A DNA stretch of 64,000 bases from a virus (taxonomy: Duplodnaviria; Caudoviricetes): IMG/VR virus record IMGVR_UViG_3300020576_004709, positions 9,819-73,818 of that record; one strand, given 5' to 3'. The position numbers and the translations under genes were made by a program. This document shows positions 1 through 8,562 of this stretch, one piece after another. Each line of letters starts with the position of its first letter. Positions within the stretch are counted from its first letter, which is position 1. A model generated the notes under the pieces. The model saw nothing but the letters and a program-made list of their open reading frames with translations. It was not told where the DNA came from and searched no databases.

Positions 1-258
1 CTCGCGGCCGTAGTTCTTGTAGTTGGTGTTGGCCGCCGCGAACTCGGCGCGGAGGGCCTTCGCCACTTCGACCGAGTCCTCGAACTTCTTTTCGAGCTTG
101 TCCAGGTCGATGAGCATCTTCCGCTCGGTCATGGCCGTGACGCGGTCGTATTCGAGCCAGTATTCCGGCTTCTCCCATTCCTTGAGTTCCTTGCCCTTCT
201 TCCCGGCCTTCGACGCCGGTTTTGCCTTCGTCGCGGCCTTCGGTTTCGCCTTTGCCAT
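1..258 (-). CDS. hypothetical protein, Lys-rich N-terminus, runs off the window edge
   Basis: Read by hand: ATG at 258 with GGAGG upstream, MAKAKPKAATKAKPASKAGKKGKELKEWEKPEYWLEYD..., open to position 1; not in the ORF track. Confidence 0.7.
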   Translation of the reverse strand, partial: MAKAKPKAATKAKPASKAGKKGKELKEWEKPEYWLEYDRVTAMTERKMLIDLDKLEKKFEDSVEVAKALRAEFAAANTNYKNYGRE

Positions 259-338
259 CGGTCCGATCCTCCCGTTCGAATCGCGGTCGCCGCCGGGGAG
301 TCCGGCGGGCGAATTTGCGATCCTAAAGATTGCGATTC

Positions 339-366
339 ATAATAGGCGGGGTATTACGATTGTCAA
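339..366 (-). promoter_or_regulatory. sigma70-type promoter
   Basis: Minus strand TTGACA-N16-TATTAT in an AT-rich gap upstream of the 258 gene. Confidence 0.6.
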
Positions 367-642
367 TCAATCGCCGTTCCGCTGCCGGAAGTGCTTCCGC
401 ATGTTGTCGTGGATCTCCTCGACGGCCTTCCGCGCGACGTCCCGCACGCGGTTGATGTTGGCCGTGCTCGAAACCGTGTTGAGGGCCTTGTACGCCTCGA
501 TCACTTCCTTTTGCGTCTCCTTCGAGAGGAAGTTCCAGTGGTAGCCGCAGGCCACGTTGCCGAGGGGCACTTCGGTGTGGCAACCGCCCACCTTGCAGTT
601 CGTGGACGTGCCGGCCATGCGCTTCGGCTTGATGATGCTCAT
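367..642 (-). CDS. hypothetical protein with a Cys/His cluster
   Basis: MSIIKPKR...NCKVGGC...ACGYHW; start overlaps the stop of the HD gene. Confidence 0.65.
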   Translation of the reverse strand: MSIIKPKRMAGTSTNCKVGGCHTEVPLGNVACGYHWNFLSKETQKEVIEAYKALNTVSSTANINRVRDVARKAVEEIHDNMRKHFRQRNGD

Positions 643-1205
643 CGAGCAGACTCCTTGTAATCCGGGAAAAGACTTCGAAACCGCGAGAGGAACAACTGCT
701 TCGCGACGCGCGGATTCCACGCTTCGATCCTCTCCGGGAGCGTCGTAACCCGTTCCGTGCTGATCCACGGAATCGGCGGGGTTGCCATCAGGTCGCGGCG
801 CTCGGTCGCGAGCATGACGAGGTCGATTTCCTTGACGCAATCCGGCATCGGCCAGGCGAGGCCGAACTTCGCGTTGATGATTTCGGATAGATGATCTTCG
901 ATCTCGCGGAAGCCGGCGAGCATGCGCTTGACCGGCCGCGCGACGTCCGGCAAGTACGCCTCGCTCGCGTCGTGCATCAGCGCCTGCCTCGGGTCGCCGG
1001 GGCAATGGTACGAGCAGAGCACGGAGTGCTGCGCGACGCTGTAGAAGCTCTTCGTGTGGCCGGTGTAGCGGCACTTCATCGCCAGCGCGTGGGCGATGTC
1101 CTCGATGCAGATGTCGGCCGGGTCGGGATTCAGGGGCCAGAACTGTTTGCCGGTGAAAGTTTGAATCCACGTCCGGCTACAGCGGGGCGGCAGTTCTCTC
1201 GTCAC
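639..1205 (-). CDS. HD-domain phosphohydrolase (YfbR/5'-nucleotidase-like phage family)
   Basis: WIQTFTG, IEDIAHALA..CRYTGH, YSVAQHS, ALMHDASEAY motifs; GTG start overlaps the upstream TGA. Confidence 0.85.
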   Translation of the reverse strand: MTRELPPRCSRTWIQTFTGKQFWPLNPDPADICIEDIAHALAMKCRYTGHTKSFYSVAQHSVLCSYHCPGDPRQALMHDASEAYLPDVARPVKRMLAGFREIEDHLSEIINAKFGLAWPMPDCVKEIDLVMLATERRDLMATPPIPWISTERVTTLPERIEAWNPRVAKQLFLSRFRSLFPDYKESAR

Positions 1206-1501
1206 GGGTTTTCCTTTCCGCAGTCTTGGCAGACCGGCGTTGACTCGGCCGTTCCGCGCTTGATGGTGTCGTGCTTGCAATACTGCTGCAAATGGACCCA
1301 CTTCTTCTGAATCTCGACCATTGCCTGAGCGTGTCGGCGGTTCTCGTCCTCGGTCTCCCTGCGGAGCTTCAAGGCTCGATCCTCGAACTCCTCGGCAACT
1401 CGCATCTCTCCGCTGATCCAGTTCGCCCACCCGCCGCTGCCGGGATCGTAGGGGCAACGCTTGGCGATTCGTTCGAACAGATCGGCCGCGGACCTTTTCA
1501 T
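1202..1501 (-). CDS. hypothetical protein
   Basis: MKRSAADLFERIAKRCPYD..., coiled coil plus C-terminal CxHD...CxxC; coupled to neighbours. Confidence 0.65.
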   Translation of the reverse strand: MKRSAADLFERIAKRCPYDPGSGGWANWISGEMRVAEEFEDRALKLRRETEDENRRHAQAMVEIQKKWVHLQQYCKHDTIKRGTAESTPVCQDCGKENP

Positions 1502-1503
1502 GG

Positions 1504-2169
1504 TTAACACCCCTCGCAGTCGCAGGTGGATCGTTCGTCATCGACCAATTTCTTGGAATCGCGGAAGTAGTAACCGCAGTTGTTGCAGTAATTCAGGTGC
1601 TCACACGGTCCGCTGTAGTCGATGTCTTGGGGGAAGAAATCTTTGCACTTCGAGCACCAGATACAAGGATGATCGTCGTATCCCGGCGAAACCTCGAACG
1701 GGTTGCGCGTTTTGCCACCGGAATCAGCCTTCAATAGCTTCGGTTGAGCCAAGAACCGATAGCCTTTTTTTTCGATTTGTGATCGACTCGCAGCAACTTG
1801 AACCCATTTATTTCCGCGATTGACAAGCCGAAATATTTTCACATCTTCGGCAAGCCATATGTCGCATATCCAGCCGACGGGACTACTGCAAAAGCAGTAT
1901 TCGAGTGGATCTCCACCGAAGCCGGAATTGTGGTAGAAGAGAGCGCCCCAATCCTTGCTCCAATTGAAGTCGTATTGCTTGGCTGCGGTCCCGCTCGGCT
2001 TGTCACGTCCGGGGACGAACCACGGCTTCTTAGAGTTGTCCCAATGCTCTTCGGTTGTGACCGCGTGCGGCTTCCCGCCCATGTATTCGATCGCAACGAT
2101 TCGCTCGGGTTTGTCGACGTCGGGACGCCAAATGCCGCGCCGTTTTTCGGAATTTATGATAGCGTTCAA
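1504..2169 (-). CDS. hypothetical protein with a C-terminal Cys-rich (Zn-finger-like) region, lower GC than flanks
   Basis: TTG start after GAGG, overlapping the upstream TGA; CIWCSKC..CEHLNYCNNC..CDCEGC. Confidence 0.65.
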   Translation of the reverse strand: MNAIINSEKRRGIWRPDVDKPERIVAIEYMGGKPHAVTTEEHWDNSKKPWFVPGRDKPSGTAAKQYDFNWSKDWGALFYHNSGFGGDPLEYCFCSSPVGWICDIWLAEDVKIFRLVNRGNKWVQVAASRSQIEKKGYRFLAQPKLLKADSGGKTRNPFEVSPGYDDHPCIWCSKCKDFFPQDIDYSGPCEHLNYCNNCGYYFRDSKKLVDDERSTCDCEGC

Positions 2170-2411
2170 AGTGTCACCTCGATCGCGTTGCGGATGAACC
2201 AACTCCCGTCGCCCTTCAAGTGCTCGATGATCCGGGGGAGCACGTTGGCCTTCCAGCTTTGCGCGGTCGACCAGACTTCGGAGTTGATGTCGTACACCGA
2301 CCCCTGACCGGACTCGCCGGCCGCGTACCCGATCCAGTTGGTTCGCCGGTAGGCCGCGCCGACCGGTACGCCAGGTTCGAGCCACGTCCCGCCGATCTGG
2401 ACGAAGGCCAA
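2166..2411 (-). CDS. hypothetical protein
   Basis: 81-aa ORF tiled in the operon. Confidence 0.6.
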   Translation of the reverse strand: MAFVQIGGTWLEPGVPVGAAYRRTNWIGYAAGESGQGSVYDINSEVWSTAQSWKANVLPRIIEHLKGDGSWFIRNAIEVTL

Positions 2412-2414
2412 GCC

Positions 2415-2654
2415 TTAGGCCGGAAGTTGCTGCTTGCCGTCGACGATCGGCGTCTTCCGGTGCATCACCCCGGCCGTGCGGAGCGCGAAGAACATATCCG
2501 TCGGGTTGCACCACTGCTGCTTCGGGAACTTCGGGAAGAAGCTCCGGCACTGCATGATGGGCCGGCCGACGACGGCGGCGAACGCGGCGGGGCCGCACGT
2601 CGCCTTCCAGGCGGTGTAGGCTTTTGCGATGTCGCTCGGGGCAAACAGCTTCAT
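2415..2654 (-). CDS. hypothetical protein (peptidase-like CGPAA motif, weak)
   Basis: MKLFAPSDIAK...ATCGPAAFAAV; ATGA overlap with the upstream gene. Confidence 0.55.
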   Translation of the reverse strand: MKLFAPSDIAKAYTAWKATCGPAAFAAVVGRPIMQCRSFFPKFPKQQWCNPTDMFFALRTAGVMHRKTPIVDGKQQLPA

Positions 2655-2914
2655 GATCGTGATCCGCCCATCAGGTTCGGGAACAGCGCGTCGACGATCT
2701 TGACGAGGTCGCTTTCGTAGGTCCAGAGAATCGCGTCGGGAACGGTGTAGCCGCCTTCGGATTCCCAACCGTTGACCGTCCGCGTCAGCAGCACGATCCG
2801 GTCGACCATCGGCTCGCGGAGTTTGTTCAGGTCGCGTTCTCGAACGATCATCACCAGGCGTTCGCCGATCGCGCAGACCGGATCGCACTCGTCCGGCGTC
2901 ATCCAGCGGGCCAT
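2651..2914 (-). CDS. hypothetical protein
   Basis: 87-aa ORF tiled in the operon. Confidence 0.6.
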   Translation of the reverse strand: MARWMTPDECDPVCAIGERLVMIVRERDLNKLREPMVDRIVLLTRTVNGWESEGGYTVPDAILWTYESDLVKIVDALFPNLMGGSRS

Positions 2915-2915
2915 G

Positions 2916-3467
2916 CTATTTTCCTTTCTGCGCTTGCTCGCGCGCGGCTTCGAGGAACGCTGCGTTCAACTTCGGAGAGGTCGGCGGGCGAACCTCGGCC
3001 ACGGTCTCGGTCGGGAATGCCTTCGCCGACAACTCGCCCGGTTTCAACGGCTCGGCCTCGGCATTCGCCTTTTCCATCAACAGTCGCCGTTCGGTCTGCT
3101 CGGCGTCGGCCTTCACCCACTTCAACCGGGCTTCCACCCTGCTCGCCAGGATCGCGGTGACGTCGCCGGGAAACTTCGCCGAGGCTCGAACTGCGGGGGC
3201 CATCATCGAATAGATGATGTCCCGCGCGTCCTTGATCGTCAGGTGATGCAGGTCGACCCACATCCGAATCAGGCCGGCGATTTCGAGCGGCGATGCGTGC
3301 AGGCTCGAATAGCAGACCCAAAGACGCCAGACGTCGTGCCGGAGCGCGAACGGGGCGATGTTCACCGGCTTCAACTCGACTTCGCCGCGGTGCTTCTCGT
3401 CGTGGTCCAAGGCGCCGGCCTCGGCCTTCGGGTCGATGATCGCGCTGGACGGGTATTCAGAAGCCAC
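2916..3467 (-). CDS. hypothetical protein directly downstream of the replication initiator
   Basis: 183-aa ORF overlapping the initiator stop. Confidence 0.7.
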   Translation of the reverse strand: MASEYPSSAIIDPKAEAGALDHDEKHRGEVELKPVNIAPFALRHDVWRLWVCYSSLHASPLEIAGLIRMWVDLHHLTIKDARDIIYSMMAPAVRASAKFPGDVTAILASRVEARLKWVKADAEQTERRLLMEKANAEAEPLKPGELSAKAFPTETVAEVRPPTSPKLNAAFLEAAREQAQKGK

Positions 3468-4278
3468 TTTCGCCTCCTCCGCTCGTGGGTGCCATCCTTT
3501 TCGCGTACTGGTCGAACGCCTCGCCCTTCGTCGTCGGCCGGCCGTTCTTCGAAACGGGGACGTCGGCCGGCACCTTCTCGGGGAACAGACCTTGCCACCC
3601 GTTGCGGATGGAAGCCTCGATCGCCGCGACCGCGACGGACGATCCGAACGCGGCCAGGCGTTTCAACTGCGTCCTCGCGCCGCGGTCTGTGTACGGCTTG
3701 ATGCGCTTGTCCTTCCGCTCGGACAGCCATTCCGCCCAGGCGACGCGGAACGCTTCGGTGTCGAGTTCCGGCGGAAAGGGGGTAAGGGGGTTTTCTTCTG
3801 TCTTTACCTTTGAAGACGAAGAAGAAGACGAAGAAGAAGAGTTCGCATTTGGTTCAGGTTTGGTTCGAACCAAAGGCGAACCATTTTCGAACGGTGGTTC
3901 GTTTCCGTTTTGCTTGTCATTACTCGATTTGCGCCGTGACTCGCCGGATTTACGTCCGGCCGACGCGCTCTTTTCCCGCCATTCGACCCGTTCCGACCAC
4001 AGTTCGAGGAGCCGTTTGTTGGTCAAGTAGCCCGGTTTGGACGGGTGCGCAACGAAGCAATCGCGAACCAAACGCGAACCATTTGTGAACCAACCTTCGG
4101 CCAGACCGGAGAGCCGCGCGAGGGCCTGTTCCTCGTCGGGGATCGCCGCCTCTTGGCTCGCCCAACAGTAGCAAAGGAGGCGCAAGTACGCCCCCTGTTG
4201 CTCAAGGGTCATGCAGGCCGTCCGTGGCGAGCTGAGCCAGTCGTTGACGTAGAACGGCATGGCAGGGTCTTTTGCCAT
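3457..4278 (-). CDS. phage replication initiator, DUF1376/YdaU-like N-terminus
   Basis: MPFYVNDWLS...MTLEQQGAYLRLLCYCW; poly-Ser linker; C-terminal WAEWLSERK...SIRNGWQGLFP helical domain. Confidence 0.8.
   Translation of the reverse strand: MAKDPAMPFYVNDWLSSPRTACMTLEQQGAYLRLLCYCWASQEAAIPDEEQALARLSGLAEGWFTNGSRLVRDCFVAHPSKPGYLTNKRLLELWSERVEWREKSASAGRKSGESRRKSSNDKQNGNEPPFENGSPLVRTKPEPNANSSSSSSSSSSKVKTEENPLTPFPPELDTEAFRVAWAEWLSERKDKRIKPYTDRGARTQLKRLAAFGSSVAVAAIEASIRNGWQGLFPEKVPADVPVSKNGRPTTKGEAFDQYAKRMAPTSGGGESGF
3841..3902. repeat. TGGTTC/GAACCA repeat cluster inside the initiator gene (iteron-like)
   Basis: gttcgcatttggttcaggtttggttcgaaccaaaggcgaaccattttcgaacggtggttcg. Confidence 0.5.
4053..4098. 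repeat. four 11-bp-phased GCGAACCA-type repeats inside the initiator gene
   Basis: cgaagcaatcgcgaaccaaacgcgaaccatttgtgaaccaaccttc; 39/46 identical to the inverted copy at 53391-53436. Confidence 0.7.
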
Positions 4279-4338
4279 CGTTTCCTCGGGAGCGTTGGGC
4301 ACGGCCGACTCCGCGGCGGGTGGGGACAGATCCGGCGA

Positions 4339-5586
4339 TTACTGCGGCGGGGCCTCGCGGCCGATCTCTTCGAGGTAGAGAACGACGGCCTTCTTGCCGG
4401 ATTCGAGCGACTTGTCGTTGAAGCGAGCGATCGGCGCGTTCTCCGCGACTCCCGCGCCGCGACGCGCGATGGCAACGATGGAGCCGGCGACGTGCTTGGG
4501 ATCTTTCTTGACGAGGTCCGCTTCGATGCTATCCAGCAGCTTGGAGAAATCGACTGACCCATCGCAGGCCGAGACGGACTTGGCCGCGCCCTTGAGGTAG
4601 TCGGCGAACGAAGGCACGACTTCGCCATCGGCCTCGATAACTTCGCCCTGACCGGCCGACTTCGAATTGTCCATCCGCCGGCGAAGGTCGCCGCTCGTGC
4701 CAGCGCCCGCATTCTTCGATTCGCCGCCGTCCGTCTCGTCGTCCGTGCCAATCAACAGCGGTACGGACTCCTGAGTCGGGAGTAGCTCGCCCCGCTCGCT
4801 CGCCTCGTCGACCGCGACGGCTTGGGCGAGCGCCTGAAACTCGACCGAAGACGGCAGCAACTTCGAGATGCGGCGGATGATCGTCTTCCACGCCATCCAG
4901 TGGAACCCGTTGTAGGGCACGGGGACGCCGTTCTCCGGCTCGTCGATGTCGTACCAGGGCGAGTTGTCCCGGACGCTGGCCGGCGCGTTGCGGGCCATGC
5001 AGTAGCGATTGCGGAACGCGATGGCATCTTCGAGCGTGATGACGTCGAAGGTGCTTCCGAATACCGTCTTCACGACGACGTAGTACAGTTCGACCAATCC
5101 CCGGTCGCCCCGCGCCTCCTTGTGATCGAGGAACGACCCCGTCCCCCGCTTGTATTCGAATGCGTCCTTCGCCTTCACCAGGCCGGGTTCGATGGACGTG
5201 ATCTTGCCCGACCGCCAAGCGAGGTCGGCGAGGCCCTTGTAGCCGATGACGAGCGTGGCTTGATCGACGCCGGCCTTCTTCGAGCCGAATGGTAGCAGGT
5301 AGGCGTGTCCCTGCTGGCCGCCGATTTCGAGGCCGAGGCGGGACGCTTCGAGGCACGCGCCGAAGAGGCTGATCGGCGAGCAGCCCATCAACTTCGGCGT
5401 CTTCTGACAGGTGAGGATGAGCGCCCGGACCATCTTCGCGCCTTGCCCCTGCATGAGTTTGGGCAGCGACTTGTTGATCTGGTCGACGAGCATCGAGCCG
5501 AGCTTTTCGAGGCCGTTCTTGTCGGTGGGCTTTTCCCAATCAACTTTGGCGACGGCCTTCGTCTGAGTCGCGGGTGCGGTGGCCAT
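4339..5586 (-). CDS. recT: RecT-family single-strand annealing recombinase
   Basis: PKLMGCSPISLFGACLEASRLGLE...HAYLLPF...LVIGYKGL..LAWRSG...MAWKTIIRR. Confidence 0.9.
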   Translation of the reverse strand: MATAPATQTKAVAKVDWEKPTDKNGLEKLGSMLVDQINKSLPKLMQGQGAKMVRALILTCQKTPKLMGCSPISLFGACLEASRLGLEIGGQQGHAYLLPFGSKKAGVDQATLVIGYKGLADLAWRSGKITSIEPGLVKAKDAFEYKRGTGSFLDHKEARGDRGLVELYYVVVKTVFGSTFDVITLEDAIAFRNRYCMARNAPASVRDNSPWYDIDEPENGVPVPYNGFHWMAWKTIIRRISKLLPSSVEFQALAQAVAVDEASERGELLPTQESVPLLIGTDDETDGGESKNAGAGTSGDLRRRMDNSKSAGQGEVIEADGEVVPSFADYLKGAAKSVSACDGSVDFSKLLDSIEADLVKKDPKHVAGSIVAIARRGAGVAENAPIARFNDKSLESGKKAVVLYLEEIGREAPPQ

Positions 5587-5587
5587 G

Positions 5588-6436
5588 TTATTTTTCTTCC
5601 TTCTTGGTGAAACGGAGTGAGAGGACGTTGTTCTTGTTGACGCTTCGACGGATTTTCCAGTCGCCGCAGCGGGCGACTTCCACGGTTCCCATTGCCTGTT
5701 GAATCGAGAGCTTCAACGGCTCAATCGCGGCTTCGGCCTCCTTCGCGATGTCCTTCAACCTCTGGAGTTCGTCCAGCGGCTCGCGCCATTCCTCGCCGAG
5801 CAATACCGCCTTGTCGCGCTGGACGATCCGCCGGAGGTATTCGTCCTTGAACTGATCCTCCCATTGGGGACCGGGCGGGCGGCGGGCCTCAACCATACCC
5901 CAAAACCGCTTCTCGATCGACGTCAGCCACTCGAAGAAATCCGGGTCGAAGTTGATCCGGTAAATCCTGAGCTTCCAGTTCGTCAATTCGAACGCGGCGA
6001 TGTCCATGTGGTCGCACCCGCCGCGGACGCCCATCTGGTGCTGTCCCTGCGTCCAATACTTCTCGGGGACGTAGGACGTGAACGGCTCGCCCCACTCGTC
6101 GTTCCAGAAGAGCACCGTCTTGATCTCGGTGTACCGCTCGTCGAGGCCGATGAAGTCCGGGTTCGAAATCTGCCAGGGGTTTTCCTTCGAGGTCACGAAC
6201 CCGGCCGGCCGGAGTTCGGTTCCCATTTCCTCGGCGTATTTCTTGGCGACGATCGGTTCGAGGTCGATCCCCCGTTGCAAGAAGCCCTCGATTCGGTTGA
6301 CCGGGTCCGGGTCGATCTTCGAGTTGTAGACGTCCAACGCGCTCTGGTAGCCGATGCCGATGATGCTGGCCGCGTCCGAACTCCCGATTCCCTTCTGGCG
6401 CTGCCGGAGCCAGTCTTTGCGTTCCGCTTCATTCAC
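5588..6436 (-). CDS. YqaJ/lambda-exonuclease-family recombination nuclease
   Basis: WLRQRQKGIGSSDAA...RGIDLEP...SNPDF...EIKT...QGQHQM; adjacent to RecT. Confidence 0.9.
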   Translation of the reverse strand: MNEAERKDWLRQRQKGIGSSDAASIIGIGYQSALDVYNSKIDPDPVNRIEGFLQRGIDLEPIVAKKYAEEMGTELRPAGFVTSKENPWQISNPDFIGLDERYTEIKTVLFWNDEWGEPFTSYVPEKYWTQGQHQMGVRGGCDHMDIAAFELTNWKLRIYRINFDPDFFEWLTSIEKRFWGMVEARRPPGPQWEDQFKDEYLRRIVQRDKAVLLGEEWREPLDELQRLKDIAKEAEAAIEPLKLSIQQAMGTVEVARCGDWKIRRSVNKNNVLSLRFTKKEEK

Positions 6437-7095
6437 GGTGACACCGCCTTTTCTTTCATCCAGGATTCGAGCAGGCCGCGTTCCTCTTCTTTCACGCTGT
6501 ACAGTCCGTCCGTGCAGGGCAATCCTTCGACCACCTGCGCGTAGCAGGCATAGGCCGTGAGGCAGACTTCCCCACACAGTCCGTAGCGGTTGGCAAGGTG
6601 CCGGACGAGTCGCAAGGCCAACTCGGGAAGTTGCCCCTGCGGAGTCACCATCATTTGTTGGGCGCGGGCAACCGCGTCGGGTTTCGGCAGGGTTTCGACC
6701 GGCTCGGCGAATGCGTCGTCGAACGCGCCGAGGACGGCGTTGACGTGGTCGTTGTCGAAATCCTGAAACTGATCCCGGTTGTGCAAGGCGGCATCGCGGA
6801 ACTTGATTATCGCGGATTCAAGGTAAACGATGCGCTTGATGGCCTTCTTGAGATTGTCGCTGTCGGGTTCACCGTTGAGTAGCCGGTCGATGAATTCCGG
6901 TGCCGGGTGGAGGATCTCCGGCGGCATCTTGCCCAGGCCCGGTTGGTGGCCGGCGTTGCAAGCCTTGCAGATGTTGAGGGCCTCTTGGAGCGTGTACCGC
7001 CCGGCCGAGTTGCCCGATTTGTAATAGCCCTTGCGATCCGGTCCCCACCAACCGAAATGCTCGGTGGACCAGACGAGCCAGTCTTTCCCGTTCAT
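6433..7095 (-). CDS. hypothetical protein
   Basis: MNGKDWLVWS..HFGWWGP..GY..AGRYTLQEAL, a common phage N-terminal motif. Confidence 0.7.
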   Translation of the reverse strand: MNGKDWLVWSTEHFGWWGPDRKGYYKSGNSAGRYTLQEALNICKACNAGHQPGLGKMPPEILHPAPEFIDRLLNGEPDSDNLKKAIKRIVYLESAIIKFRDAALHNRDQFQDFDNDHVNAVLGAFDDAFAEPVETLPKPDAVARAQQMMVTPQGQLPELALRLVRHLANRYGLCGEVCLTAYACYAQVVEGLPCTDGLYSVKEEERGLLESWMKEKAVSP

Positions 7096-7430
7096 GATTC
7101 GCGCCCCTCGTCTTGCGAAAGGTGAATCTCGTCCCGGATGTCGCGGCCGCACGCGCGGCAGCGGTCGGGGTTTTCCGAACCGGCGATGTGACTGTGCCGC
7201 GGCCGAGCGTACTCGAATACCGCGATGATGGTTTCGTTCAGGTTGTCGAAGTCCACCATGACGCGGTGGATCTGGAACGAGTGGAGCTTGTAACCGCGCT
7301 GGCGGTTCACTTCGATGACGTTCTCGAAGAGCGTGTTGATGGTGTCGCCCAACGTGACCGGCTGCATCGGCTCGCCCGGCTTCGGTCGACACCAGTTTTT
7401 CGAGATTTCGGCGACGATCATCTTGGCCAC
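7092..7430 (-). CDS. hypothetical protein
   Basis: GTG start after AAAGGA; first gene of the leftward operon. Confidence 0.7.
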   Translation of the reverse strand: MAKMIVAEISKNWCRPKPGEPMQPVTLGDTINTLFENVIEVNRQRGYKLHSFQIHRVMVDFDNLNETIIAVFEYARPRHSHIAGSENPDRCRACGRDIRDEIHLSQDEGRES

Positions 7431-7469
7431 GGTTCACCATTCCTTTGAGTGGAGTTGTTCGCCCGTCAA

Positions 7470-7505
7470 GTTCTACAACCGGCATTCGCCTATGACAATC
7501 GTAAA
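7470..7505 (-). promoter_or_regulatory. leftward early promoter with the shared TTTACGATTG motif
   Basis: Minus strand TTTACGA-TTGTCA-N17-TAGAAC. Confidence 0.55.
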
Positions 7506-7538
7506 TTTATGTAAAAAGCAATTTCGATTGCGGAAACG

Positions 7539-7565
7539 AAAAAACCCCCGGCAACGAGCCGGGGG
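7539..7565 (-). terminator. intrinsic terminator
   Basis: CCCCCGGC/GCCGGGGG hairpin followed by a T-run on the minus strand. Confidence 0.75.
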
Positions 7566-7606
7566 CCATATCCCTTATCCGAGGTTCGACTTTGCCCTCC
7601 TTTGCA

Positions 7607-7966
7607 CTAGGGTTTGGAGGATTTCTTCGCCGCCTCGCAGGCCGCGCACGGCGCGGCCGACCGCCCGACGGTCAACGGGACCGCCAGGACCGCCGCCGGC
7701 ATGGCCCGCGCCCGGCCGGCGAACTTCGATGTCTCGACGTGCGACGTCGTCGTCTTGGTCGTGACGACGGTCTCGGCGTGCGAGTGGTAGGCGGGGGCGG
7801 CCGCGAACAGGCCGAATCCGAACCGGCTGTTCGCCCGCTTCTCCTGCCGACTCTCTTGGCGTTGCTGCTGCCGCTCGGCCGCGTTCGCGAACAGTCCGTC
7901 GCACGCGCCCGACACGGCCGGGAAGCCCGCCATCAACACCGCCACGAGTACCAGATTCCGCAACAT
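7607..7966 (-). CDS. small secreted protein (signal peptide, low complexity)
   Basis: MLRNLVLVAVLMAGFPAVSGAC; GGAGG upstream. Confidence 0.7.
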   Translation of the reverse strand: MLRNLVLVAVLMAGFPAVSGACDGLFANAAERQQQRQESRQEKRANSRFGFGLFAAAPAYHSHAETVVTTKTTTSHVETSKFAGRARAMPAAVLAVPLTVGRSAAPCAACEAAKKSSKP

Positions 7967-8047
7967 GGATCGCCCTCCTAATCGAATCCGGCCGGACAAC
8001 CGCGCCCGGCCCGTCACTTCGTTTTACTGCCCGCCCCGCCAACGAAT

Positions 8048-8076
8048 TTGAAAAAAGCCCGGCGGATCGCTATAGT
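8048..8076 (+). promoter_or_regulatory. sigma70-type promoter for the HTH gene and tRNAs
   Basis: TTGAAA-N17-TATAGT. Confidence 0.6.
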
Positions 8077-8109
8077 TCTCGTGGGGTCAACCATTTAGGA
8101 AACGAAACT

Positions 8110-8367
8110 ATGCCAACTCGAAAGCCACCCGCGAAGAAATCCGAGAAGAGGCCGAACAAAACCTACGCGGCGCTTATCAAGATCATGAAGGCCAGCGGCA
8201 TGAACGGGATGGACTACCACCGCAAGACCGGAATCCACCAGTCCACCATCAGCCAGGCGTTGAACGGCCACCGCTGCCGTCCGTCCGCCGAGTTCTTCGC
8301 CAGCATCGCGAAGGCCAGCGGCATCACGGCCGAGGAGTTCGGCAAGCTGATGTACAAGTGCGTTTGA
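8110..8367 (+). CDS. XRE/Cro-like helix-turn-helix regulator
   Basis: YHRKTGIHQSTISQALNG...PSAEFFASIAKASGIT. Confidence 0.85.
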   Translation: MPTRKPPAKKSEKRPNKTYAALIKIMKASGMNGMDYHRKTGIHQSTISQALNGHRCRPSAEFFASIAKASGITAEEFGKLMYKCV

Positions 8368-8376
8368 CGCGACCAT

Positions 8377-8450
8377 CGGGGCGTAGTTCTAATTGGCAGA
8401 ACGCGAGATTTGGGATCTTGAGGTTGCCGGTTCGAATCCGGCCGCCCCGA
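8377..8450 (+). tRNA. tRNA-Pro (TGG), CCA not encoded
   Basis: Acceptor CGGGGCG/CGCCCCG, D stem GTTC/GAAC, anticodon arm CGAGA-TTTGGGA-TCTTG, T arm GCCGG-TTCGAAT-CCGGC. Confidence 0.93.
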
Positions 8451-8452
8451 CT

Positions 8453-8529
8453 CTACCGGAGTCCGATATTGGTTTCGCGGAACGCGACTGTGAATCGCGG
8501 CCTTGCGGGTTCGATTCCCGTCCGGTAGC
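8453..8529 (+). tRNA. tRNA-His (GTG), atypical
   Basis: Acceptor CTACCGG/CCGGTAG, anticodon arm CGCGA-CTGTGAA-TCGCG, T arm GCGGG-TTCGATT-CCCGT, discriminator C; A at position 8, 12-nt D-loop, no G-1, no CCA. Confidence 0.85.
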
Positions 8530-8562
8530 CTCCGGCAATGACGCCGGGAAGGAGTTCAGCGA

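Noticed and set aside
8530-8562. Hairpin after tRNA-His as a tRNA-associated HDV-like ribozyme
   Set aside because: Only one CCGGC/GCCGG hairpin before the RBS; too short for the nested double pseudoknot
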